From Anaerolineales bacterium (GTDB taxonomy: Bacteria > Chloroflexota > Anaerolineae > Anaerolineales > UBA11579), in contig JARROY010000011.1 in NCBI GenBank assembly GCA_037383445.1, forward strand, positions 1 to 32,817: a DNA stretch of 32,817 bases, read 5' to 3'. Shown here piece by piece: positions 8,801 to 16,932 of the stretch. The notes under the pieces were generated by a model. The model did no database searches, was not told the origin of the DNA, and saw only the letters and a list, made by a program, of their open reading frames with translations. Made by a program: the position numbers and the translations under genes. Numbering within the stretch: the first letter of the stretch is position 1; each line of letters begins with the position of its first letter.

Positions 8801-11079
8801 AACAGTTCCAAAAACCGGTCTAATTTTTGCGGGTTATCATCGGCATACAGGTCAAAATTAAGATCCCGCTGGTAGATCCCGGTATAACCGTCATATCCGC
8901 TTGTCCGCATCGGCAAACCATCATCCCAGGGGCCCTCCACGGCCAAAGCTGAACCTTTGAAAGTGGCCGATTCTCCCAAGGTCAGATTCTCAATCATCAG
9001 GAAATATATTTTTTCGGGGTCCAGTGCTAACGGCTTGTTCAAATTGAACACACCACCCTGGGTATTGATCCCATCATCCAGGCCAGTCACCACCGCCTCG
9101 GAAACCGCTGCGGGGGCAGAAAGATCCGGGTTTGCCCCAATCGACAGGTGGAACACCTGCTGCGGTGCCAACTCTTTTGGGACCGGCTGGAAAGTTAAAT
9201 TCACGTCCAGCAAGGTGAGCGTCTCAACCGTGGTGAACTTGGTTTCAAATTGGCCAATTTCTGCATCGATCTGTTCTGGCACGTTAGAGATCGGCAGGGA
9301 AAGTTCTCCCGAAGGGCCACTGAGGTGGATAAACCCATCAGCAAGAACCAGGTCTGAAAGCTCCGGGGTCAGGTTTAACCTGACCACATACTCCCGGTTG
9401 CCGGGCAAAATCGGCGGGGTCTCCGGTGCAAAAGACAATTCCTGGAAGTCATCACCTGCCCCAAAAATGACATCCTGATCGGCCATCATTAACGGGATTT
9501 CCAAACCGCCGCTTTCAGAAATTGTGAGGATCACATGCTGTCTTTGCCCTTCAGAGACCACATTTTTAAAGGTGATCTGATTGACCACACCAGACTGTTT
9601 GGGCATAAAGCTGGTCACAAAAGGCTCGTTTTGGCTGACATACTGATCATACCTGAACGGCAGCGGTTGGTTGTAAGTGCCATCTTCAGTCTCGATCTTG
9701 ACATTCAACGGACCCGGTACATTCTGGTAAATCCAGTCCGAAGCAGCCACCCGGGTGATCGGGCTGGAATAGATTTGTGTGAAGGCCATTGCCCAGATTG
9801 CCGTCAGCAGCAATGCGGAACCGCCCACCACCGCCGACCCCGCCTGGAGCCATTTTTTTGCCCGCTTAGATTTCCCGGCTGCCTCGCACAGCGCGATCAC
9901 CGCCCAACCTGCAAAAACAGCCAGGGTAGGATAAATCGGAATCTGGTAGCGCATGGTCGGGTTAAAAGCCATCGACTGCCAGCCGAAATAGAGAGCTGTC
10001 CACACCCAAAGCACAAGATATTTTCGCCATTCACCTTTCAGCATCCGCCAGCCTGCGGCCAGGAAACCGCCCCAGGCCATCAACCCCATCGGGATACCCA
10101 TTCCCCACAGGACGATATTCTGAAAGGAGAACCAAATTGGGCGGCGCGCCCATTGGATCGACGGCGGCCAGTCAAAATCTCCATTTGACTGGTTTCTGAC
10201 TTCGATCAGATTATCCACCCAACGCTTATTTGGCATCAGTCCAAAAAATCCTGGACCACTGTATGCATACGGCTGGAAAATCCGGAATGAAAATACGCTG
10301 ACCCCGGCAGCCAAGAGTAGGTTCCCGGTGGCCAACCAGGCTGCATCTTGCCGTATGGATTTGTCCATTTTCGAGAGACGGATTCCAACAGCCAGCGGCA
10401 GAACCAATGCCACCGGAACCGTATTGATTTTTGAAGCCACCGCCATGCCCAATGCAATCCCAAAAAGGATAAAAAGATGTGGCCGGAATGGTGGAGCATC
10501 CGGCTTGGATTCCTCGGTAGCCAGCCGGACGGCCAGATAGATCGCCAGCATTGTAAACAAAGTCAGGAAGGTATCGACTGCAAAAAAGTGGGAAAGCTGG
10601 ATTTGCAATACAGTAAACGCGCTGAAAGCCGCGGCAACGATCCCAACCCGGCGGTCGAAGGCCCGCGCTGCTGTCAGGTAGACGAGCAAAACCACCAATA
10701 GATCCGCCACCGCCGAGAGTTGGCGACCAACGATCATGATCTCGCTGTAACCGGTCTGCCCGATCCATTCCGCCACGTAGCGCACCAGAAAAATTGGGAG
10801 AGTACCGTAGACAAAAAATGAGTATCCCACATTGTGCGGATTAAGGGTGGAGTTTGCCGTATCCCAGTATTCACTGAAGCTGCGCACCGTCGTCAGGGCG
10901 GTTTCTACATTGACCAAATGGCGTTCATCCGGATGCAGATATTGTTCGGACGCCCAATCAATCCCATTAAAGCGCAGGACAGCAGCCGCCATTAACACCA
11001 AAACCAACAGCAGGTCAACCACCCACTGGTAATTTTTAGGCGGTGCTGTAACAGGTTGCTGAGATCCAGTTTCCGTCAT
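5848..11079 (-). CDS. 1743-aa fusion: ArnT/PMT-like GT-C domain + large extracytoplasmic region + DUF2298/YYY domain
   Basis: N-terminal HPDER loop, YGTLP, QLSHFFAVD, RYQIP. Hydrophilic region at about aa 437-925. C-terminal GGEKPMDFAY, DPWYAGGYINYYYFGF, INEFPWFT, DLHAH, NTWDLP, RMNTVFKFYLQAW, GWDWHQTQQR. Confidence 0.88.
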   Translation of the reverse strand: MTETGSQQPVTAPPKNYQWVVDLLLVLVLMAAAVLRFNGIDWASEQYLHPDERHLVNVETALTTVRSFSEYWDTANSTLNPHNVGYSFFVYGTLPIFLVRYVAEWIGQTGYSEIMIVGRQLSAVADLLVVLLVYLTAARAFDRRVGIVAAAFSAFTVLQIQLSHFFAVDTFLTLFTMLAIYLAVRLATEESKPDAPPFRPHLFILFGIALGMAVASKINTVPVALVLPLAVGIRLSKMDKSIRQDAAWLATGNLLLAAGVSVFSFRIFQPYAYSGPGFFGLMPNKRWVDNLIEVRNQSNGDFDWPPSIQWARRPIWFSFQNIVLWGMGIPMGLMAWGGFLAAGWRMLKGEWRKYLVLWVWTALYFGWQSMAFNPTMRYQIPIYPTLAVFAGWAVIALCEAAGKSKRAKKWLQAGSAVVGGSALLLTAIWAMAFTQIYSSPITRVAASDWIYQNVPGPLNVKIETEDGTYNQPLPFRYDQYVSQNEPFVTSFMPKQSGVVNQITFKNVVSEGQRQHVILTISESGGLEIPLMMADQDVIFGAGDDFQELSFAPETPPILPGNREYVVRLNLTPELSDLVLADGFIHLSGPSGELSLPISNVPEQIDAEIGQFETKFTTVETLTLLDVNLTFQPVPKELAPQQVFHLSIGANPDLSAPAAVSEAVVTGLDDGINTQGGVFNLNKPLALDPEKIYFLMIENLTLGESATFKGSALAVEGPWDDGLPMRTSGYDGYTGIYQRDLNFDLYADDNPQKLDRFLELLEVSEYITISSSRQWASTTRIPERYPLDVVYYRNLLGCPEERTIEWCYNVANPGMFEGNLGFELIKTFQSDPTLGQLKINDQFAEEAFTVYDHPKVFVFQKQSDYDQSKVTEILSAVDFETVIRLTPKQASNFKSLLLSEEAQERQRQAGTWSELFDTSAWYNRSGLGAVAVWYLTLSLLGWAVFPLVRRALPGLPDHGFPLVRTAAMLLLAYLSWLAGSLGIPYTRQAILVVYVLLVTLGVWQAVVQRKWLVETWRTHWRKYLAAELVFLGAFLLVLLVRYGNPDLWHPFKGGEKPMDFAYFNAILKTVSFPAYDPWYAGGYINYYYFGFVFVGTLVKMLGIVPAVAYNIVLPTILAMIAAGAYSAAWNLYQVWKQNQPQTEAPNSRLKVPTWVAGISAALLTAVLGNLGTVKLIVEGMQRLAAQDAYTREIGFFTKLSWTFQGFGQMLRGIGLPFGIAEYYWQPSRVIPALNEPEPINEFPWFTTIYADLHAHFMALALVFLALAWAFSVVFSKAWKGASRWQIVWSFVFAGISIGVLRPTNTWDLPTYLALGVVAVIYAMMRYGSASKWLADRVPPVFARILQAGAAVVGLVGLTFLLYQPFAHWYGLPYSEISIWKGTHTPLSSYLVHWGLFLFILVFWMGWETRQWMAATPLSALNKLKPYRNWLWGGVALALVVMAGLMVFLRARIHLLAIPLAIWAALLLLRPGMQDSKRMVLFMVGTALFLSILVEVIVLSGDIGRMNTVFKFYLQAWVLFAVSSGAALSWTIGELRGWSVSWQSVWRIGLAMLVLGAVMFPLTATTAKIKDRMSEDAPHTLDGMAFMRTSEYPDEGGVVDLSEDYRAIRWMQENIQGTPVIVEANTPLYRWGSRFSIYTGLPSVLGWDWHQTQQRGFSPVSEIASRRDAIQLFYLMDDEQLAREFLRQYHVEYIVVGQLERNNYPGIGLDKFERLNGDMWQEVYRDGQTVIYKVSDSVTGLGESR

Positions 11080-11097
11080 AAATCTAGTTCTCCCTCA

Positions 11098-13281
11098 TTA
11101 CGGGACGTAGTAGATGATAAAACTCTGGGAAGGGTAGCGGCCCTCATACACTGAAGACTTCCCCTCTGGATAGGTTGCCTCCAAAATATCCAGTCCAGCC
11201 GTATCATCGATCTTGACCAGGAACAACTTGGGACTCGGTACAAATAAAGTCTGATCCAAATCCTCAGGCCAGATGGCAAAATCCTTGTTCGGGAATCCGG
11301 CATTGATCGCCACCAGGCGGGTATCCACCCAATAGGGGTAAGCCAAGACCCAAGCCTGGTCTGAGGAACCCACCGTATCGGTAAATTGTTCAACTACTGC
11401 CCCAAGCTCAGACGTATTCCAAACTGACGGTCCGTACTGACCGGGAAAAGTATCGAAGGTCAGGGTGTAATTATGTCCCATCGCAATCAATACCAGGAAC
11501 AAACCCAGCAGCAGGGCAACTCGGTTTCCGACTGGGCCGCTGATATTTTTCCTAACCGCACGCAAAACAGCTTCAATTCCCAGGGCAGCTAAAACAAACA
11601 CGACCACCGCGGCTCCCGCGGCCCGGTTTGGGGCGGGATTCTCTGCCGGGTAAGCCAGCACCAAAGTTGATGGGAGCATTAACACCGGTAAGCCAATCAG
11701 TAAAAATCCATCCTCCCAACGCCGCTCTTTCAAATAACGGAACAAGACCAGGGCAGTTCCCAGCAAAAAGGCCGCCCCAGATACAATCTCCAAACTCGGA
11801 GTATGGGGGATCGTGTTCACCCAGATATTGCCGCTGTCCCAATTGAACATCAGCAGACCATTCCAGACATTCTTCAGGAAAACCCACACCAACGCCAAAC
11901 CGGTGGGCATGGCATTCCCTACTTCGACATTTGTCAGCCGGGTAAGTGTACGGTATGTAAATATCTCAGGCATCTGTGTCCACACCCGCAGCAGGGGTAA
12001 AAATATAATCAGAGCGATAAACGCCACCAGCCCCAGTTTGATGATGGAATCTTGGAGCTTGACCTGTCGGCGGTTATGCAGCCAGTAAAGGAAGAAGACC
12101 AGCACAACCAGAATCGGGACCGCCCTAAACGGAGTGTAGCCATGCAGGCCAATCCCCAGGAAGAGCCCGCTTAAAATAATATACTTGCGCTGGCCAGTCC
12201 GTAAACCGCGCACCAGATAATACAGCGTTGGGGCGGCAAAAGCCGGGTACAGGATAAAGCGCAGCGCCACCCTGGCAAGGATATTAGGCCAATAAGAAAT
12301 CCCACCCAAAACCATCGCCAGCAGCCCAACTCTGCGGTTGCCCAATTCCTTGCCTAACAAGTACAGGTAAGGGAGCATTACAATCCCCATGAAAATCGTT
12401 CCGATTTTCATGCTCAGGAAAGAAATCCCGGTATCAAACAGCTTAATTGTCAAGGCAATCAGGTAGAATTGAAATCCTTCCCGGCCGGTATTTCGAGGGA
12501 AGAAGATGCGGGTTTGGCCCTGGAGCACATCATAGACATCCCAGAGTTTTTCGGCCTGGTCGCTGAACATTTCCGGCACGACTTCGCCCACGTTGTGTGT
12601 CCGAAAGTAGATCACGACCAATAATGCGGCCACCAGCAGAACCGTATTCTTAGAGATCGAGAAACTCCAGCCCTTCTGCCTGAAAAACTCGACCACACGC
12701 CTAGAGAAGTCCCCGAAGTCCGGGCGCGGGAACCAGAACGACCACACTACCAGTCCAAGCCCGACCAACCAGAGGAAAACATTCAGATCGGTAAAAAGAT
12801 TATTCGAAAAGGCATAAAACGCCACCAGCGAAACCAGCATCCCGGCGGTCAGCGGCCTCGGGGCGAATCTGAGGTCATCCTTCTGAATTTCAACCACATC
12901 GGGCACTGCCAGGGAGAGTTCCCCGCGCTGCACAGACCAAAACAGCACCAGCACCGCAACCAGGAACAACCCTCCACCCAAAACACCTTGCCGCAGCGGT
13001 GGATTCAGGGCAAACTGACCTACCAGAGCCAAAAACAATGCCCCCACAGTTCGCCAGGGAATTTTGGTAAACCAAGTTTGCGCGGTTGTAACAACAGGTT
13101 TCTGATAAAGTTGGGAACTGGCTGATTCTTCCCTGGAATACATTTGGGCACCCATCTCTTGATCAGGAATTTCAGGTGCAGGCCCGCGCCAGGGCATTAA
13201 TTTCGCCAGCACATAATCAAGCACTGTCGGTTCGATATTGGGTTGTTGTGAGGATTGTTGTTCTGGTTTCGATTCAGACAT
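11098..13281 (-). CDS. Glycosyltransferase family 39-like (ArnT/PMT_2, GT-C fold) membrane protein
   Basis: R...PEMFSDQAEK loop, FFPRNTGRE, LYLLGKEL, GLFLGIGLHGYTPFR, PNRAAG; many TM helices. Confidence 0.8.
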   Translation of the reverse strand: MSESKPEQQSSQQPNIEPTVLDYVLAKLMPWRGPAPEIPDQEMGAQMYSREESASSQLYQKPVVTTAQTWFTKIPWRTVGALFLALVGQFALNPPLRQGVLGGGLFLVAVLVLFWSVQRGELSLAVPDVVEIQKDDLRFAPRPLTAGMLVSLVAFYAFSNNLFTDLNVFLWLVGLGLVVWSFWFPRPDFGDFSRRVVEFFRQKGWSFSISKNTVLLVAALLVVIYFRTHNVGEVVPEMFSDQAEKLWDVYDVLQGQTRIFFPRNTGREGFQFYLIALTIKLFDTGISFLSMKIGTIFMGIVMLPYLYLLGKELGNRRVGLLAMVLGGISYWPNILARVALRFILYPAFAAPTLYYLVRGLRTGQRKYIILSGLFLGIGLHGYTPFRAVPILVVLVFFLYWLHNRRQVKLQDSIIKLGLVAFIALIIFLPLLRVWTQMPEIFTYRTLTRLTNVEVGNAMPTGLALVWVFLKNVWNGLLMFNWDSGNIWVNTIPHTPSLEIVSGAAFLLGTALVLFRYLKERRWEDGFLLIGLPVLMLPSTLVLAYPAENPAPNRAAGAAVVVFVLAALGIEAVLRAVRKNISGPVGNRVALLLGLFLVLIAMGHNYTLTFDTFPGQYGPSVWNTSELGAVVEQFTDTVGSSDQAWVLAYPYWVDTRLVAINAGFPNKDFAIWPEDLDQTLFVPSPKLFLVKIDDTAGLDILEATYPEGKSSVYEGRYPSQSFIIYYVP

Positions 13282-13320
13282 TTGATTTAAGTCATTGTCC
13301 TAACTGGATTACAAACATCA

Positions 13321-13349
13321 AGTATAACTGCTGGCAGGCAATGTGTACA
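13321..13349 (-). promoter_or_regulatory. Possible sigma70-type promoter for the GT-C gene run
   Basis: Minus strand TGTACA-N17-TATACT, about 40 bp upstream of the ATG at 13281. The -35 is a weak match. Confidence 0.35.
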
Positions 13350-13463
13350 TATTGACATCCGATCGTGATCTCCTCAAATTGGAAACCACAATTCACAGAT
13401 CAAGCAGTTCGAAAGAGCTTTTTGATCGAATTATATCTAGCCATCCACCATTATAGTGAAAGT

Positions 13464-14726
13464 TTAATTTTTGCGTGCGATGAAAAAGGTATAGGTGCCA
13501 TCCGGCTGGGGTTCAGTCCGGGCATATGGGCGGAGGAGCTTTTCCGTCAACCACAGGTTCCAGCGCGTTGGTGAAATGATCCAGCGGTTAAACAGCTTCA
13601 TTGGCAGCAAGCTGGGAGCCCCAAGGTAATGCCCCCACTCCAGCACATGCAGAGAACGAGGGGAAAAATAATGCCAGTAGCGCTCCAGGGTAAACCCGGC
13701 TTGTTCAAGTCTTTCTTGCCAAACCTCAATAGAATCAGCGTGTTCGGTGCGGGAGATACGCATAAACCAATCCCGATATTTTTGCGCCATGCCATTCAGA
13801 CCGAAACTCCCCAGCAGGGTTGGCACTGAAAGCTGCTGGTAATACCCCTGGTTTGGGCAGCAAAATACAAATGGTGCCCCGGGAGCCAGCACCCGGGCCG
13901 TTTCTGCCAGCACTGCGTCGATATGCGGGATATGTTCCAAAACAGAGTTACTCAAGGCACTCGCAAAGCTGCTGTCCGGGAATGGCATCTGCGACCCATC
14001 CGCCTGTACCAGGCCGTTATAAGATTGGGGATATTGCTGGGATGCCACTAAGGGTTCCCACCACGGGTCCAGACCAACATCAATCTTGAAATCAAAGGCA
14101 ACACTGGCAAAATGCCCGTCTCCACTGCCCAAATCTAATACCGGATCGGGCAGGTCCAGCTCCTGGTAATAACTGGCCTCAACCGAACGCAGCAATGCCC
14201 GGAAATATGGCAGAGATTTTAACTGCGGCCAAAGAAAGTCCTGGTCGGTCTGGATGTCAGCCTGGGTAAGGGTTTCGTTGTCCTGGTCGAAAGAAAATCG
14301 CCCCAAAATCTGCCGCCCACTGAGGACCTCGGGCATCCATTCTGAACCATCCGCCCACATTTCATCGTAAGGGATCTGATCCAGTGCGACCCAAAGAGGA
14401 TCGATTTCCCGGCTGGGTTTCGGGTCACCAGCCCACCGATCCACCAAATAGACATACACAATCCGGTCCCATTCAGGTTTAGCAGGGAAATAAAACGTCA
14501 GTTTAGCTGCCCGCTGTAAATCTATTTCCCGAATATCAACATCCAGTTCTTCTTTTACTTCGCGCACAGTTGCATGCAGCACAGTTTCGCCTGATTCAAC
14601 GGTTCCCCCCACCCCGACGATCTTGCCCTCACCAAAACCGGTTTTCTTTCTCGCCAGTAATATTTCAACGGGAACACCCGAGCGAGCGTCCTTTTTAAGG
14701 AACAAACAGATCGTATTCAACAGCAT
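13464..14726 (-). CDS. Fusion of a Nudix hydrolase (MTH1/8-oxo-dGTPase-like) and a class I SAM-dependent methyltransferase
   Basis: Nudix box GGTVESGETVLHATVREVKEELDV, plus KKTGFGEG and IPYDEMWAD. C-terminal half has VLDLGSGDG, QADGSQMPF, NSVLEHIP and RVLAPG. Confidence 0.85.
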   Translation of the reverse strand: MLLNTICLFLKKDARSGVPVEILLARKKTGFGEGKIVGVGGTVESGETVLHATVREVKEELDVDIREIDLQRAAKLTFYFPAKPEWDRIVYVYLVDRWAGDPKPSREIDPLWVALDQIPYDEMWADGSEWMPEVLSGRQILGRFSFDQDNETLTQADIQTDQDFLWPQLKSLPYFRALLRSVEASYYQELDLPDPVLDLGSGDGHFASVAFDFKIDVGLDPWWEPLVASQQYPQSYNGLVQADGSQMPFPDSSFASALSNSVLEHIPHIDAVLAETARVLAPGAPFVFCCPNQGYYQQLSVPTLLGSFGLNGMAQKYRDWFMRISRTEHADSIEVWQERLEQAGFTLERYWHYFSPRSLHVLEWGHYLGAPSLLPMKLFNRWIISPTRWNLWLTEKLLRPYARTEPQPDGTYTFFIARKN

Positions 14727-15880
14727 CAGTCAATTCCCACCAGGCGATCAAAGATTTCTTCGTACTCCCGGGCAGTAGATTCAGGAGCAAACTGTTGGGT
14801 GATTTGAGGAACATCGCCGATATGTTCCTGCGGATTATCCAGCACCTCAATCAAGGACCGGGCGAGCGATTCATAATCCATCAGTTTGAACAGCTTTCCC
14901 ATTCCGGTTTGCAGCACAGGTTGGCGTACGCCGGGCATATCGCTGGCAACTGCTGGGGTCCCGCAGGTCATCGCCTCCACCTGCACCATACCAAACGCTT
15001 CAGTGCTGTTGGTGCTGGGAAGCACTAAAACTTCACACAAATGGTAGAAAGCCGCCAGCTCATCATCTGGAATCAGACCCAAAAACTTCCAACGGTCTCC
15101 CAATTCCTCGATCAACGGGGCCAGCATGGCTGCATACGCTTCTTCTCCCATCACGTCCTGGTGCTGGCCGGCATACAGGACGCGGGCGTGCGGGTATTTT
15201 TCCATCACCAAGGGCAGTGCCCGTACCAAGTACTCGACCCCTTTTTCAGCCGCCAACCTGGCGACCATGCCGATCACCTTATCCTCGGGCTGGATTCCAT
15301 ATTTTTGTTTCACTTGCTCAATAAATTCTTCGTCAACTTGCTGCAATACCACCGGGGGAGACACCGCCTGGATTTTTTCCATATACCGGCTTAAAAACTG
15401 GCTGTGTTCTGCGTAATCTTGCGAGGTGGAAATGATCACATTCGCCATGGCTGCTGAAACGAAATTAGCAATATTGGAACCCAAATTTGCCAGCCAGTTG
15501 ATCAAACCGCTTGGAAGCCTGAGATCGCACTGATACGTCAGCACCACCGGCCTGCCCAGCAAGCGAGCGAGCACCGAGATCGGAGCCGCATCCAACTGGG
15601 GCAAGTGGAGGTTGACAACCTCCGCCCGCCGGATTTCTTTCCAGGCCCGGAAGGGAATAGAGGGCATAATCACCCCCTTGCTCAGGCGCATCAACACCGG
15701 CATCCGCACCACCCGAACCCCGTCAACAATCTCTTCTCTTGGCAAGTTCTTATCGAACTGTGAGGTTAACACGGTCACAAGATGGCCGCGCGCCGCCAGC
15801 GCCCTAGCCAACCTCTCCGTGTAGATGGTCAAGCCAGAATAATGTGGGCGGTAGTAGGTCAAAGCAATTAAAACTCGCAT
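14726..15880 (-). CDS. Glycosyltransferase family 4 (GT-B fold)
   Basis: MRVLIALTYYRPHYSG, LAARGHLVTVLT, RLAAEKGVEYL, LPSTNSTEAFGMVQVEAMTCGTP (EX7E). The stop overlaps the next start (TGATG). Confidence 0.93.
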   Translation of the reverse strand: MRVLIALTYYRPHYSGLTIYTERLARALAARGHLVTVLTSQFDKNLPREEIVDGVRVVRMPVLMRLSKGVIMPSIPFRAWKEIRRAEVVNLHLPQLDAAPISVLARLLGRPVVLTYQCDLRLPSGLINWLANLGSNIANFVSAAMANVIISTSQDYAEHSQFLSRYMEKIQAVSPPVVLQQVDEEFIEQVKQKYGIQPEDKVIGMVARLAAEKGVEYLVRALPLVMEKYPHARVLYAGQHQDVMGEEAYAAMLAPLIEELGDRWKFLGLIPDDELAAFYHLCEVLVLPSTNSTEAFGMVQVEAMTCGTPAVASDMPGVRQPVLQTGMGKLFKLMDYESLARSLIEVLDNPQEHIGDVPQITQQFAPESTAREYEEIFDRLVGID

Positions 15881-15903
15881 AATAATCTCGAAATGATTAA
15901 CGA

Positions 15904-16932
15904 TTAATCTTGTCGGTTCTCAGTACCACGGTTAATGGCTAGGGAGTAAATTTCCTTCAAGGAAATCCCTTCCCGTGTCAGGCTGACAAACCCCAGAATA
16001 AAGACGATGAGCAAATATAAGCCATGAGTCACCAAGCCATGTGCCAGGCCATTAGCCGGGTCTGCCGAAAGCGCCACAAAGGCACTGACGACTGCCGCCT
16101 CGTAAACGCCCAAATTCCCCTGGGTGGAGGGGGCTGCCACGCCTAACGCCGTCACACCAACGACAAATCCCGCTTCAAGCAGGGTGGGATCAGGGTAAAA
16201 AGATGTCAGCACAATCGTATTCCAAGCAATCGAAAGCACCCAGGTGATTCCAATCCAGAAAAAAACTAGGAAAAATCGTTTGGGATCACGAAGCACAGCC
16301 AGCCCACGAAGAACAAGGTCAATCTTTTCCTGTCCCAGAGATTGCAGTCTAGGCCATCTTCCAGTGATCCAAGAAAATAAACGCTGCACCAGATCAGGTT
16401 TGAGCACCATCACATACAACACTGCAAACCCCAGCACCAACAACGCTGCTGCAAAGAGCGCCGCGGTAGTCGCCCACTCTGCGCCGACTACGAAAGGCAG
16501 AGTGCCCAACAACAAGCCCGCCATAAACCCCATCTCGAAGATCCGCTCCACCACCACAGTCGGAAACGCCTCCCAAAATGAGAGCGGAGTGCGGAGTCCC
16601 AACACCAATGCCCTGCCGACTTCACCCAGCCTGAACGGTAAAACAGCGTTCAAGAGGTAGCCGATGGTTTCCGCCGAAAAAGCCAGGGAGAGCGTCGCTT
16701 GACCCTGCAGCAGTATACGCCAGGCTACCGCCCGTGTTATGAACGCTAAGATTAAAATAACCGTCGCCAGCAAGATGCGGCTGATCTGTACTTTTTGGAA
16801 TGCGGCAAAAGTGGCTGCCAAGTCAATCTGAGAAAACATAATCACCACGGCAATTCCGCTCACCAGGATCCCTGGCAGCATACGAGATAAGAACTTCGAT
16901 TTTGTCTTGGGGGTTTGGTTAGAGTCAGTCAT
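15904..16932 (-). CDS. Lysylphosphatidylglycerol synthase TM domain (flippase-like) protein
   Basis: RAVAW, GYLLNAVLPFRLGEVGR, VVERIFE, PSTQGNLGVYE. Start placed at ATG 16932 (MTDSNQ), which overlaps the lepA stop. Confidence 0.85.
   Translation of the reverse strand: MTDSNQTPKTKSKFLSRMLPGILVSGIAVVIMFSQIDLAATFAAFQKVQISRILLATVILILAFITRAVAWRILLQGQATLSLAFSAETIGYLLNAVLPFRLGEVGRALVLGLRTPLSFWEAFPTVVVERIFEMGFMAGLLLGTLPFVVGAEWATTAALFAAALLVLGFAVLYVMVLKPDLVQRLFSWITGRWPRLQSLGQEKIDLVLRGLAVLRDPKRFFLVFFWIGITWVLSIAWNTIVLTSFYPDPTLLEAGFVVGVTALGVAAPSTQGNLGVYEAAVVSAFVALSADPANGLAHGLVTHGLYLLIVFILGFVSLTREGISLKEIYSLAINRGTENRQD

Noticed and set aside
11076-11393. 105-aa alternate-frame ORF bridging two GT-C genes
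   Set aside because: It lies almost wholly inside the 727-aa gene, which ends normally with its own stop, and has no recognisable features.
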